IMG/VR virus record: IMGVR_UViG_3300009156_000026
Location: 37,734 to 101,733 of that record
From: a virus
Reading direction: 5' to 3' (one strand)
DNA length: 64,000 nt
The notes beneath the pieces were generated by a model that ran no database searches, was not told where the DNA came from, and worked only from the letters and a program-made list of their open reading frames with translations. Below are positions 53,612 to 60,771 of this stretch, piece after piece (the first letter of the stretch is position 1; each line of letters starts with the position of its first letter). A program made the position numbers and the translations under genes.

Positions 53612-53832
53612 GCGTGGGCGCCCGTCGTCTGGTGCGGACGGAGCTCGTCTCGCGGGCGCGGGGCGATGGCTGGCGGCTGGGTGTCGCCTACGGGCACTGG
53701 CCCCCGTGCAGCGTGTGTGCCCGGCGGTTCGGTGAGGGCGAGGTGCTGCTGTTCCGAGCTCGAGACCAGCGCCTGCTCTGCATCGGCTGCGCGGCGGCCA
53801 GCAGCCTGACCGACGAGGAGGTGCTGTCCTGA
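53608..53832 (+). CDS. small Zn-finger protein (74 aa)
   Basis: CSVC...CIGC; ATGA overlap with the upstream gene. Confidence 0.65.
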   Translation: MSVGARRLVRTELVSRARGDGWRLGVAYGHWPPCSVCARRFGEGEVLLFRARDQRLLCIGCAAASSLTDEEVLS

Positions 53833-54095
53833 TGGCCAGAGTGAGCAAGCGCTGGCGGCTGGACATGTACGTCGATCCCACCCCGAGCCCGCCGCCCAGA
53901 GAGCACGTCGAGGAGGCGATGTACGCGCTCGGCCTGGAGGTCCGCTCGGCCGAGGTCGAGCAGATCGTGGACAGCCCGCTGGGCGGTGTCCTGGTCGCCC
54001 TGGTCAAGCATCTAGCCAGACGGGGCAGCTACGTGGCGGTCGAGCTCGACGGGCCCAGCCTGCTCGACGACGCGATGGGGCTCGACCCCGGCTGA
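53832..54095 (+). CDS. hypothetical protein (87 aa)
   Basis: TGATG coupling; GC3-rich. Confidence 0.65.
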   Translation: MARVSKRWRLDMYVDPTPSPPPREHVEEAMYALGLEVRSAEVEQIVDSPLGGVLVALVKHLARRGSYVAVELDGPSLLDDAMGLDPG

Positions 54096-54106
54096 GGGAG
54101 GACGTC

Positions 54107-54304
54107 ATGACACGCCTGACGAGCAAAGCCAGGAAGAAGATCAAGGGCAGTAATTTCGCGCTGCCTGGACGTCGCTATCCAATTCACGATCGATCTCATG
54201 CGGCCAATGCGTTGGCCAGGGTATCGCAGCATGGATCGTCGGCAGAAAAAGCGAAGGTTCGCTCGGCGGTTCGTAGGAAATACCCGAACATGGGCAAGAA
54301 GTAA
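54107..54304 (+). CDS. small basic phage protein (65 aa)
   Basis: GGAGGA RBS; FALPGRRYPIHDRSHAANALARV matches a recurrent small phage family; last gene before the strand switch. Confidence 0.75.
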   Translation: MTRLTSKARKKIKGSNFALPGRRYPIHDRSHAANALARVSQHGSSAEKAKVRSAVRRKYPNMGKK

Positions 54305-54346
54305 TTTCGATCTAGTTACGCGCTAGCTCGCCTCGGTCCTGCTGCG

Positions 54347-54598
54347 TCAACGGAAGAGCGCGCCGTACACCCAGAGCCAGGGGCCAAGCAGCCACCCAAT
54401 GCCCTGGGCGAAGTAGGCCGGCCCGGCCCAGCCCGTGAGGTCTGCGATCCCCAACAGGACCGCTGCGAGCAGCATCAAACAGATCGGGAAGCCGACCAGC
54501 AGCATGAAGATGGCGCGGAAGAGCGTGCCACCTGCGTCGTCGTCGTAGCGGGTGGGCACGGGTAGCTGATGCTCAGGGGGCAGATCGGTCCAGGTCAT
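54347..54598 (-). CDS. small membrane protein (83 aa)
   Basis: ATG at 54598 with GGGAG RBS; two hydrophobic segments. Confidence 0.7.
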   Translation of the reverse strand: MTWTDLPPEHQLPVPTRYDDDAGGTLFRAIFMLLVGFPICLMLLAAVLLGIADLTGWAGPAYFAQGIGWLLGPWLWVYGALFR

Positions 54599-54794
54599 GG
54601 GTCTCCCTCGGGGTGGTCTCGAATGCGGCCTCCTGGCCTGCGGCCTCGACGGCCGCCCAGGAGAGCAGGCTCGCCAGTTCCCTGGCTTCGGTTGGGGTGA
54701 AGATGGCGATGCCGGTCGGCAGCACACACTGGACCTCGCCTCGGCGTCGTGCGATGTCGTAGCCGGCGTAGATCTTCGGCAGGGTGTCGGTCAT
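54573..54794 (-). CDS. hypothetical protein (73 aa)
   Basis: GAGGAG RBS; coupled to the upstream gene. Confidence 0.65.
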   Translation of the reverse strand: MTDTLPKIYAGYDIARRRGEVQCVLPTGIAIFTPTEARELASLLSWAAVEAAGQEAAFETTPRETHDLDRSAP

Positions 54795-55156
54795 GACGGC
54801 TCCTCGGGATCCCCCTGGTCGAACGCCACGGCGCGACGGGCCTCCGCGCGCGAGCGCTGGTCGATCAGCGCCCGCTTCTCTCTGAGCATGCCCAGGAAGC
54901 CGCCCTTCATCTGATCGTCGGCGTCCATCTCGTCGAGCACCAGCATCAGCGCCTCGTCGCCCTCGGCGGCCCCGGCCGCCTCGACCAGGAACGCGGCGAT
55001 CTCACGGGCCTTGGCCGGGGTGTGCTGGGTGACCATCGTGTTGCCCTGGCCGTCGGTCGAGGACATCACGACGAGACCGCGCTTGGTGTTCTGGCCATAG
55101 ATCGCGATGACCTCGACGCGGGCGTCAGGGTTGAAGGTCGGCTCAGATGCGTCCAT
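54791..55156 (-). CDS. hypothetical protein (121 aa)
   Basis: ATG at 55156 overlapping the dnaB end; GGAG RBS. Confidence 0.7.
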   Translation of the reverse strand: MDASEPTFNPDARVEVIAIYGQNTKRGLVVMSSTDGQGNTMVTQHTPAKAREIAAFLVEAAGAAEGDEALMLVLDEMDADDQMKGGFLGMLREKRALIDQRSRAEARRAVAFDQGDPEEPS

Positions 55157-56522
55157 CGAGGTAGAACTCCACGCCTCGGAAGCGGGTGGTCTCCGGGTTC
55201 CAGGGTAACGTGATGTCGCCGGTCTGGCCGTTGCGGTTCTTCTCGACCTGGAGGTCAGCGAGGTCACCCTTCTCGGTGTCCGGCTTGTACATCTTCTCTC
55301 GGGAGAGCATCAGGATGACGTCGGCGTCCTGCTCAAGCGTGCCCGACTCCCGGAGGTCCGACATCAAGAGCCGCTTGTCGGCCCGCTGCTCGACGGAACG
55401 GTTCAACTGGCAGAGCGCGATCACCACCACGTTGAGCTCGGCTGCTAAGGCTGCGAGGCCGTTCGAGATCGCGCTCATCCGGGCGACCGCGTTCTCGCCC
55501 AGGCCCGTCATCCGCTGGATGTGGTCGATCACCACGAAGTCCAGCCCGCCGACGGTGGCCGACAGGCGTCTGGCGCGGGACTTGATCGAGGCGACCGTCT
55601 GGGTGCGGCTGTCGTCCCACCAGATCTGGAGGTTGGCAAGCTGGCCCAGCGCCCGTCCCAGCGACTGGCTCTGCGCCTCGGACAGGCCACCCTGGCGGAA
55701 CTTCGTCAGGGGCACCCCACTCTGTCCGCTAAGCTGGCGGCGCAGCATCGCTCCCGTCGACATCTCCAGCGAGAAGAAGGCGGCCTTGAGGTCCCCGAAC
55801 GCGAGCAGGCTGTCGGTGATCAGGCTCAGCACCAGACTCGACTTGCCGGATCCCGGGCGGCCCGCGAGGTAGACGAGCTCGCCTCTTGTAAAGCCGCCGT
55901 CGAGCAGACGGTCCAGGTCCTTGAAGGTGGTCGGCAGGATGCCGCTCTCGGTCAGCGAGCGCCGCTCGGGCGAGATCTGGGCGCCCAGCCGTTCGAGCTC
56001 GGCCTGCAAGGCTTGCTCCTGCGAGACCAGCCGATCGCCCGCCAGGGGCGCACGGACCTCGGACAGAAGCTGCTCGGCCCGCTCCAGCATCTGCTCGATC
56101 TCAAGCTGGTTGGCGAAGCCCATCGTGGCGATCGTGCCGCCGATCGACATGATCTGTCTGGCTGCCGCCATCACGGCGATCAGGCGGGCGTAGCTCTCGG
56201 CGTGGATCGGGGTCGGGACCGCCCCCAGGAAATCGGCCACGTAGGTGGTGCCGCCTGCGGCCAGAAGCGCGCGGCTGCGGTCAAGCTCGTCGATCAGGGT
56301 CAGGTAGTCGACGGGCTCGCCTCGGTCGTCGAGCGCGACCATCGCGCGGAAGATGATCTCGTTCCGTTCGAGGTAGAAGTCGGTCGGGCGGACGAGGTCG
56401 CGGACGCGCAGGATGACGGCGCGGTCCAGCAGGACCGATCCCAGGACGGCCGCTTCGGCCTCCAGGTTGTGGGGCGGCAGCCGCTCGGGCTGGCCCTGGA
56501 AACGCAGGCGCTCACTCACCAT
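55143..56522 (-). CDS. dnaB: replicative DNA helicase DnaB
   Basis: PPHNLEAEAAVLGSVL N-domain; Walker A AGRPGSGKS; FFSLEMS; VIDHIQ; QLNRSVEQRADKR..MSDLRESGTLEQDAD; KNRNGQTG. Confidence 0.97.
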   Translation of the reverse strand: MVSERLRFQGQPERLPPHNLEAEAAVLGSVLLDRAVILRVRDLVRPTDFYLERNEIIFRAMVALDDRGEPVDYLTLIDELDRSRALLAAGGTTYVADFLGAVPTPIHAESYARLIAVMAAARQIMSIGGTIATMGFANQLEIEQMLERAEQLLSEVRAPLAGDRLVSQEQALQAELERLGAQISPERRSLTESGILPTTFKDLDRLLDGGFTRGELVYLAGRPGSGKSSLVLSLITDSLLAFGDLKAAFFSLEMSTGAMLRRQLSGQSGVPLTKFRQGGLSEAQSQSLGRALGQLANLQIWWDDSRTQTVASIKSRARRLSATVGGLDFVVIDHIQRMTGLGENAVARMSAISNGLAALAAELNVVVIALCQLNRSVEQRADKRLLMSDLRESGTLEQDADVILMLSREKMYKPDTEKGDLADLQVEKNRNGQTGDITLPWNPETTRFRGVEFYLDGRI

Positions 56523-56889
56523 GGCGGGGTCTCCTCGGCGTGGGGGTGGATGGGTCTCGCCGCAGAGCATACTGCGAAGCCGCACGCGCGTGCAGGAGCT
56601 CCAGCAGCCCGACCGTGCCCATGATCTCCTCGGCCAGTCGCTGCCAGTCGAGCAGCGGTGCGGATCCGCAGAGGTACAGGAAGCGGTCGGTCTCTAGGTC
56701 GTCGAGCTCCAGGGCGCGGGCTAGCTGGAGGGCCGGCCTCGGCCGTAGCTGGGTGATGAGGCCGGCCTCGATATCTCGGACGTCGGTCGACGACTTCGAG
56801 GAGGTGCGGTGGGCAAGCTGGTTCGGGGACAGGCCCAGCCGGGTGCGGTGGCGGGCCATGAACGAGCCCAGCGTGTCGGGCTCGCTCAA
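56512..56889 (-). CDS. XRE-family HTH transcriptional regulator (125 aa)
   Basis: LGLSPNQLA...RDIEAG...LARALEL. Confidence 0.8.
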   Translation of the reverse strand: MSEPDTLGSFMARHRTRLGLSPNQLAHRTSSKSSTDVRDIEAGLITQLRPRPALQLARALELDDLETDRFLYLCGSAPLLDWQRLAEEIMGTVGLLELLHARAASQYALRRDPSTPTPRRPRHGE

Positions 56890-57296
56890 GGCTCGGGCTC
56901 GGTCGGCTCAGTGGTCGCCAGGGCTTGCCGCAGGACGTCGGCCATCGCGCGGTGGGTCGCGGCCGAGACCGCAGCCGGCAGGTCGGCCGCAAGCTGCTCG
57001 AAGGCGACCTGCCAGTCGATCCGTCCGGCGAGGCCGAAGGCGTGGAGCAGCCGATCGCCCTGGTCGAGGTCGAGCTCCAGGGCGGCGGCCAGCCGCAGCA
57101 CGACGGTGCGGGACGGCGAGTGGCTCCCGAGCCGCCGCTCGATCCTGTTGATGTAGGCCGGATCGACCCGTGCTCGAATCGCAAGCTGGTTCTGGGACAG
57201 GCCGAGCTCGACCCGGTACCGGCGCACCATCGCGGCGGGGTCTGGCGCTGCGCGGGCCAGCCGAGCCACGGTCGAGAACGCGACGGGCTGCGTCAT
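56886..57296 (-). CDS. XRE-family HTH transcriptional regulator (136 aa)
   Basis: LGLSQNQLAIRARVDPAYINRIERR...PSRTVVLRLAAALEL. Confidence 0.88.
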   Translation of the reverse strand: MTQPVAFSTVARLARAAPDPAAMVRRYRVELGLSQNQLAIRARVDPAYINRIERRLGSHSPSRTVVLRLAAALELDLDQGDRLLHAFGLAGRIDWQVAFEQLAADLPAAVSAATHRAMADVLRQALATTEPTEPEP

Positions 57297-57637
57297 GGCG
57301 GCCTCCTCGGGTCCCCAGAGGGACCACCCGAAGGGTACCCGGTCCCTCTGGGAGCCCTCGGGGGGCTGACCTGGGGGCGGGCTCTGAGGATGCCGATGCG
57401 GGCACCCTCGATGTCGTGGCAGGCGCTGAGCACGTCGTCGCGGATACTGGCGAGCGCCTGCCGACGGGCCATGTCGATCAGCCAGTCGGGGTCGAGCGGC
57501 TCCTCGCCGTCGAGGTCCTCGGCCAGCGTGCGCAGCGTGGTGGAGAGCCGATCAAGCTGGACGTTCGTCCAGGCGAGTCGCTGGGCGAACGCCTGATCGC
57601 TCTCGGACAGCCCGTCAGTGGGCACCCTGGCAGTCAT
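57293..57637 (-). CDS. hypothetical protein (114 aa)
   Basis: Helical acidic ORF in the coupled minus-strand run. Confidence 0.65.
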   Translation of the reverse strand: MTARVPTDGLSESDQAFAQRLAWTNVQLDRLSTTLRTLAEDLDGEEPLDPDWLIDMARRQALASIRDDVLSACHDIEGARIGILRARPQVSPPRAPRGTGYPSGGPSGDPRRPP

Positions 57638-57812
57638 ACTCGCACGGTCCCATCAGCACGGCCGCCAGGAAGGTCAGGGTCAGCATGTCGGCCTCGTCGG
57701 CAAGCTCGCGGGGGATCTCGGGGAGCTCGCGCTTGAGTTGCATGCGCACGGCGGACGTGGCAAACCTCGCGTTCTTTTGGTCACGGCGCATGCTCACAGC
57801 GGGGCTGGACAT
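57615..57812 (-). CDS. hypothetical protein (65 aa)
   Basis: GGAGG RBS before ATG at 57812, in frame with track ORF 57615-57929. Confidence 0.5.
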   Translation of the reverse strand: MSSPAVSMRRDQKNARFATSAVRMQLKRELPEIPRELADEADMLTLTFLAAVLMGPCEYDCQGAH

Positions 57813-57980
57813 GGGGCGCCTCCAGACTCGGGCTACCGCACGGTGGGACCGCCACACCCGGCACTGCGGCCGATGGGCGCGGCGCGCTCTCTCCCGGTTC
57901 AGTGTGCCGGTGGGCGTGGCGACGGGCAAGGGTCATCTGTCGCTACGCCCGTGGTACCAGTGCGCCCACACCAGCCTCAT

Positions 57981-58526
57981 CTACATATCGTCCAGGATGT
58001 CGTCGAGCACGTCCCCGACCACCGCGTCGTCCGGCAGCGGCGCCAGCTTCCGCTCGGCAAGCTCGAAGAACCGCTTGTGCAGCGCCGAGTCGACCTCGCG
58101 CCCTCGGTACATCTCACGGACCAGTTGGACGTCCTTCTTGTTGAGGTCCTCGACTCTGAGCCAGAGACCCTCGCGATCGGGGCTGACGGGCAGGCCGTAC
58201 TGGTCGACCTCGCCATCGGCTGCGCCGTGCTCGACGCAGAAGATCCGTCGCAGCCGCAGCTTCTCGCCGGACTGCCCGATCAGCAGCCAGCGTCGGTTCT
58301 TGAAGCTGGACTGGACGTAGTAGTACAGCCCCTGGTCGAGGATCTGGCCGACCCGTTTGCGGTAGGCGGGCTGGAACATGTCGTTCGGCTCTGACGGCAG
58401 CCGCGCGTACTTGGCGAGCTCCTTCTGGGCGGCCTTGGTCTTGATGCCGTGCCGCCACGCCCCGGCCTCGACGCGGGTGATCAGTCGCTCCATCGCCGGC
58501 TTGTAGTCGCCGTAGTCCCGCCGCAC
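57981..58526 (-). CDS. hypothetical protein downstream of the Cas7-like gene (181 aa); C-terminal domain similar to 59815-60417
   Basis: GGGAGG RBS plus GTG; shared L.K..V.L...R...RFF...L...VGD pattern. Confidence 0.8.
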   Translation of the reverse strand: MRRDYGDYKPAMERLITRVEAGAWRHGIKTKAAQKELAKYARLPSEPNDMFQPAYRKRVGQILDQGLYYYVQSSFKNRRWLLIGQSGEKLRLRRIFCVEHGAADGEVDQYGLPVSPDREGLWLRVEDLNKKDVQLVREMYRGREVDSALHKRFFELAERKLAPLPDDAVVGDVLDDILDDM

Positions 58527-58549
58527 GACAGCCTCCCTGTTAGCGGGTC

Positions 58550-58590
58550 CCCATGAAGATCGTGTCAGGCGAAGCCTGGATCTTCATGGG
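58550..58590. other. hairpin immediately after the Cas7-like stop codon (12-bp stem, bulge, GCGAAGC minihairpin)
   Basis: CCCATGAAGATC-gtgt-CAGGC-GAA-GCCTG-GATCTTCATGGG. Confidence 0.8.
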
Positions 58591-58594
58591 ATCC

Positions 58595-59581
58595 TTAGCG
58601 ACGCCGTCTCATGGTCATGGGCGAGCCACCCCGCTGGTGGGTACCCCGGGTTGGGTCAAGGATCGGAGACGCCTCCGTGTCGATGGGTGCGCGGGCCCGC
58701 GCCGTCGTCGGAGCGAGGCGCTGCACGGGTGCGCCCGTGCCGTTGGACGACGGGCTGGTCGGCGGGGTCGGGACCCGTGAGGTGGTCTCCTCGATCACGC
58801 GATCGAACGTCGCCGCGTCGATCTTCTCCCAGCGCCGCATGAAGAAGCGCCCGAAGTCCTGGCTGCGCTTGGCGCCGAGCCCGTGCTGCTGGGCGTACCG
58901 CCAGAGGTCGATCCACTTGTCGTGCCCCAGGCGGTCTCGGAGCGCCATCACCACGAACGTCACGGTCGGCCGCTCGGAATACTCGTAGTACCCGAGCGCC
59001 GAGCGGGGGCCCTGCGGGCCGACGACGTGCTGGACCGACAGGTCGATGCCGGTCGGCTCGCTCATCCCGAGCGGGATGTTCAAGGGCTCGATCGAGATCG
59101 TCTCGATCAGGTACGACCTGGGGGACTTGCCTCGGGTCTGCTTGGTCTCGCCCGTCTTCTTGTCGGTGGTGGTCTTGCCGCCCCAGCCGATGTTGTCCCA
59201 CGGCCAGAGGATGTTGCACGACTCGCGCAGCATCGCCTTGACCTGCCGCGACTCGATGTAGATGCCGAAGCGGGGGTCGCGCTTGAAGACGGTCGTCTGG
59301 GACTTGGCGGCGATCGCCTCGGCCGCCTCGCGCAGGCTCTTGAAGGTCCGCTCCTCGCCGGGGAAGAGCTCGTCGACATCGACCCCGATCTCCTTGAGGG
59401 TGGTCAGGCCGAGGTCGTAGATCTCCTGCTGGCGGGAGACCCCCAGGTTGCGCATCAGCCACTGCTCGATGAGGCGTGCGTCCGAGGGGATGCCAGCGAC
59501 GAGGCGGTCGCGAAACTCCAGGGTGGCGACGTAGTACGAGAAGAGCTCCGACGGCTGGTCGTCAAAGATACCGCGCTGCAT
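58595..59581 (-). CDS. stand-alone Cas7/RAMP-like protein (328 aa), VIPR-like effector candidate
   Basis: AAGGAG RBS then ATG at 59581; RRM beta1 ATLEFRDRLVAGIP; IYIESRQVKAMLRE (cf. Cas7/Csm3 YIPGSSLKG.LR); beta-hairpin thumb QHVVGPQGPRSALGYYE; C-terminal Gly-rich loop GLGAKRSQDFGRF. Confidence 0.8.
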   Translation of the reverse strand: MQRGIFDDQPSELFSYYVATLEFRDRLVAGIPSDARLIEQWLMRNLGVSRQQEIYDLGLTTLKEIGVDVDELFPGEERTFKSLREAAEAIAAKSQTTVFKRDPRFGIYIESRQVKAMLRESCNILWPWDNIGWGGKTTTDKKTGETKQTRGKSPRSYLIETISIEPLNIPLGMSEPTGIDLSVQHVVGPQGPRSALGYYEYSERPTVTFVVMALRDRLGHDKWIDLWRYAQQHGLGAKRSQDFGRFFMRRWEKIDAATFDRVIEETTSRVPTPPTSPSSNGTGAPVQRLAPTTARARAPIDTEASPILDPTRGTHQRGGSPMTMRRRR

Positions 59582-59593
59582 GATCGGCTCCTT

Positions 59594-59814
59594 GGACTGG
59601 TCGGGGCTGGCCCGGGAGGATTGAGGGTGTACCGGCCCGGCCTGTCGAGGTGGCATGGCGAGGGGTGGCCGAGTCTGTCTTGGCTGGGGGGGTCGGCGTG
59701 GTCCGGCTCGGCTGGGGTGGGGCAGGGGCAGCCTGGAACGATGCGGTCCGACCTGGAACGTCGCTCGGGCGAGGGCGGCGGCGTGACGCGGCGACACGAG
59801 GTGGCATGTGGTCC
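59594..59814 (+). repeat. 5-nt periodic GG-anchored array (candidate guide-RNA array) in the leader of the Cas7-like gene
   Basis: On the + strand, 29 of 45 in-phase units start with GG (GGACT GGTCG GGGCT GGCCC ... GGCGT GGTCC GGCTC GGCTG GGGTG GGGCA ...); three phase blocks each offset by a 3-nt unit; CGAGGTGGCATG occurs at 59646 and 59797. Confidence 0.75.
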
Positions 59815-60417
59815 TCAGCCTGCAACCTGCTGAGCGCCGTCGTCGCCGTCCTGCTGCGGCGGGATCGGCTGGTTGGCGCAGATCGCCTGGAACATCTCCT
59901 CCAGGCGGTCGGCACTGTGGCGGTCCCCGATCTGCTCGCCGGCCTGCATGATCGTGTCACACTCGCGGAGCAGCCTGATGCGGCGCTCCTCGGCGTCCCG
60001 ACGCGTCATCCGCGCGGCGATCGCCAGCGGGATCTGCTCCTTGGTCAGCGCCATCAGCTTGACGTGGCGGCCGTCGACGTACTCGGTGTGGTTGAGCCAG
60101 CGCAGGCGGTTCTGCTGGCCCAGCCGGCCTCGCCGCATCTGCTCGCGGATCGACCAGGGCGCAGGTGACGGCGGGGCCGCCGCAGCCGTCGCTGCGGCCT
60201 TGGCCTGCTGGGATCGGAGCCGCTGGCGGCCGAGCACCTGCATCCCTTCGCTGTAGACCAGGGTGTACAGCGTCTCGGTCACGTAGGCGTCCAGGAGCAG
60301 CTTGTCGGCTCGGATGTCGGCCGTGATGTCGGCCGCGATGCCCGGTAAGGTGAAGTCGTCAAGCGGCTCGAAGCGGTCCTCGAACCGCTTGCTGATAAGC
60401 TGCCGGGTCGTGGTCAC
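59815..60417 (-). CDS. hypothetical protein upstream of the array (200 aa); C-terminal domain similar to 57981-58526
   Basis: GAGGAGG RBS plus GTG; stop codon abuts the pentamer array. Confidence 0.8.
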   Translation of the reverse strand: MTTTRQLISKRFEDRFEPLDDFTLPGIAADITADIRADKLLLDAYVTETLYTLVYSEGMQVLGRQRLRSQQAKAAATAAAAPPSPAPWSIREQMRRGRLGQQNRLRWLNHTEYVDGRHVKLMALTKEQIPLAIAARMTRRDAEERRIRLLRECDTIMQAGEQIGDRHSADRLEEMFQAICANQPIPPQQDGDDGAQQVAG

Positions 60418-60573
60418 GGGCGTCCTCCTCTAGGAGTGGAGCCTTATGACGAGCACGAGAGGTCGTGCTAATCAGCATTATCATGACCAGGACGTGCCGG
60501 TGAGTCCATACCCCCCCAGCACATGACCCCAGAAGTCATCCCCGGCAGGCTGCAACAGTCTGCGGTCTCGTCC

Positions 60574-60603
60574 GCTGGCGTGCGCTAGCGTGCGCCGGCG
60601 TGC
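60574..60603. repeat. three tandem 10-bp units
   Basis: GCTGGCGTGC GCTAGCGTGC GCCGGCGTGC. Confidence 0.8.
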
Positions 60604-60770
60604 GAGCTTGCAATCTTCTTGAGCACCTCAAGGTGGGCCCCGATGTCCTCCAGGAAGACGCCAAGCGCCTCGATCTGCTCGTCGGCCTGCTCGTCCAGGC
60701 TCCTCGGGTCGTCGGGCTCCGGCTTGTCCAGGAACGTGACCGCTACGATGTACTCGACGTACGGCGCCAC
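60585..60770 (-). CDS. hypothetical protein (61 aa)
   Basis: GTG start 1 nt after the upstream stop; acidic amphipathic helix. Confidence 0.6.
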   Translation of the reverse strand: MAPYVEYIVAVTFLDKPEPDDPRSLDEQADEQIEALGVFLEDIGAHLEVLKKIASSHAGAR

Positions 60771-60771
60771 C

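Noticed and set aside
58640-58790. Weak GG periodicity in the 3' tail of the Cas7-like gene
   Set aside because: Too few in-phase units to distinguish from high-GC background.
59582-59797. N-terminal extension of the Cas7-like ORF given in the track (start 59797)
   Set aside because: The P/R/A-rich translation is a by-product of the pentamer array; a strong RBS supports the ATG at 59581.
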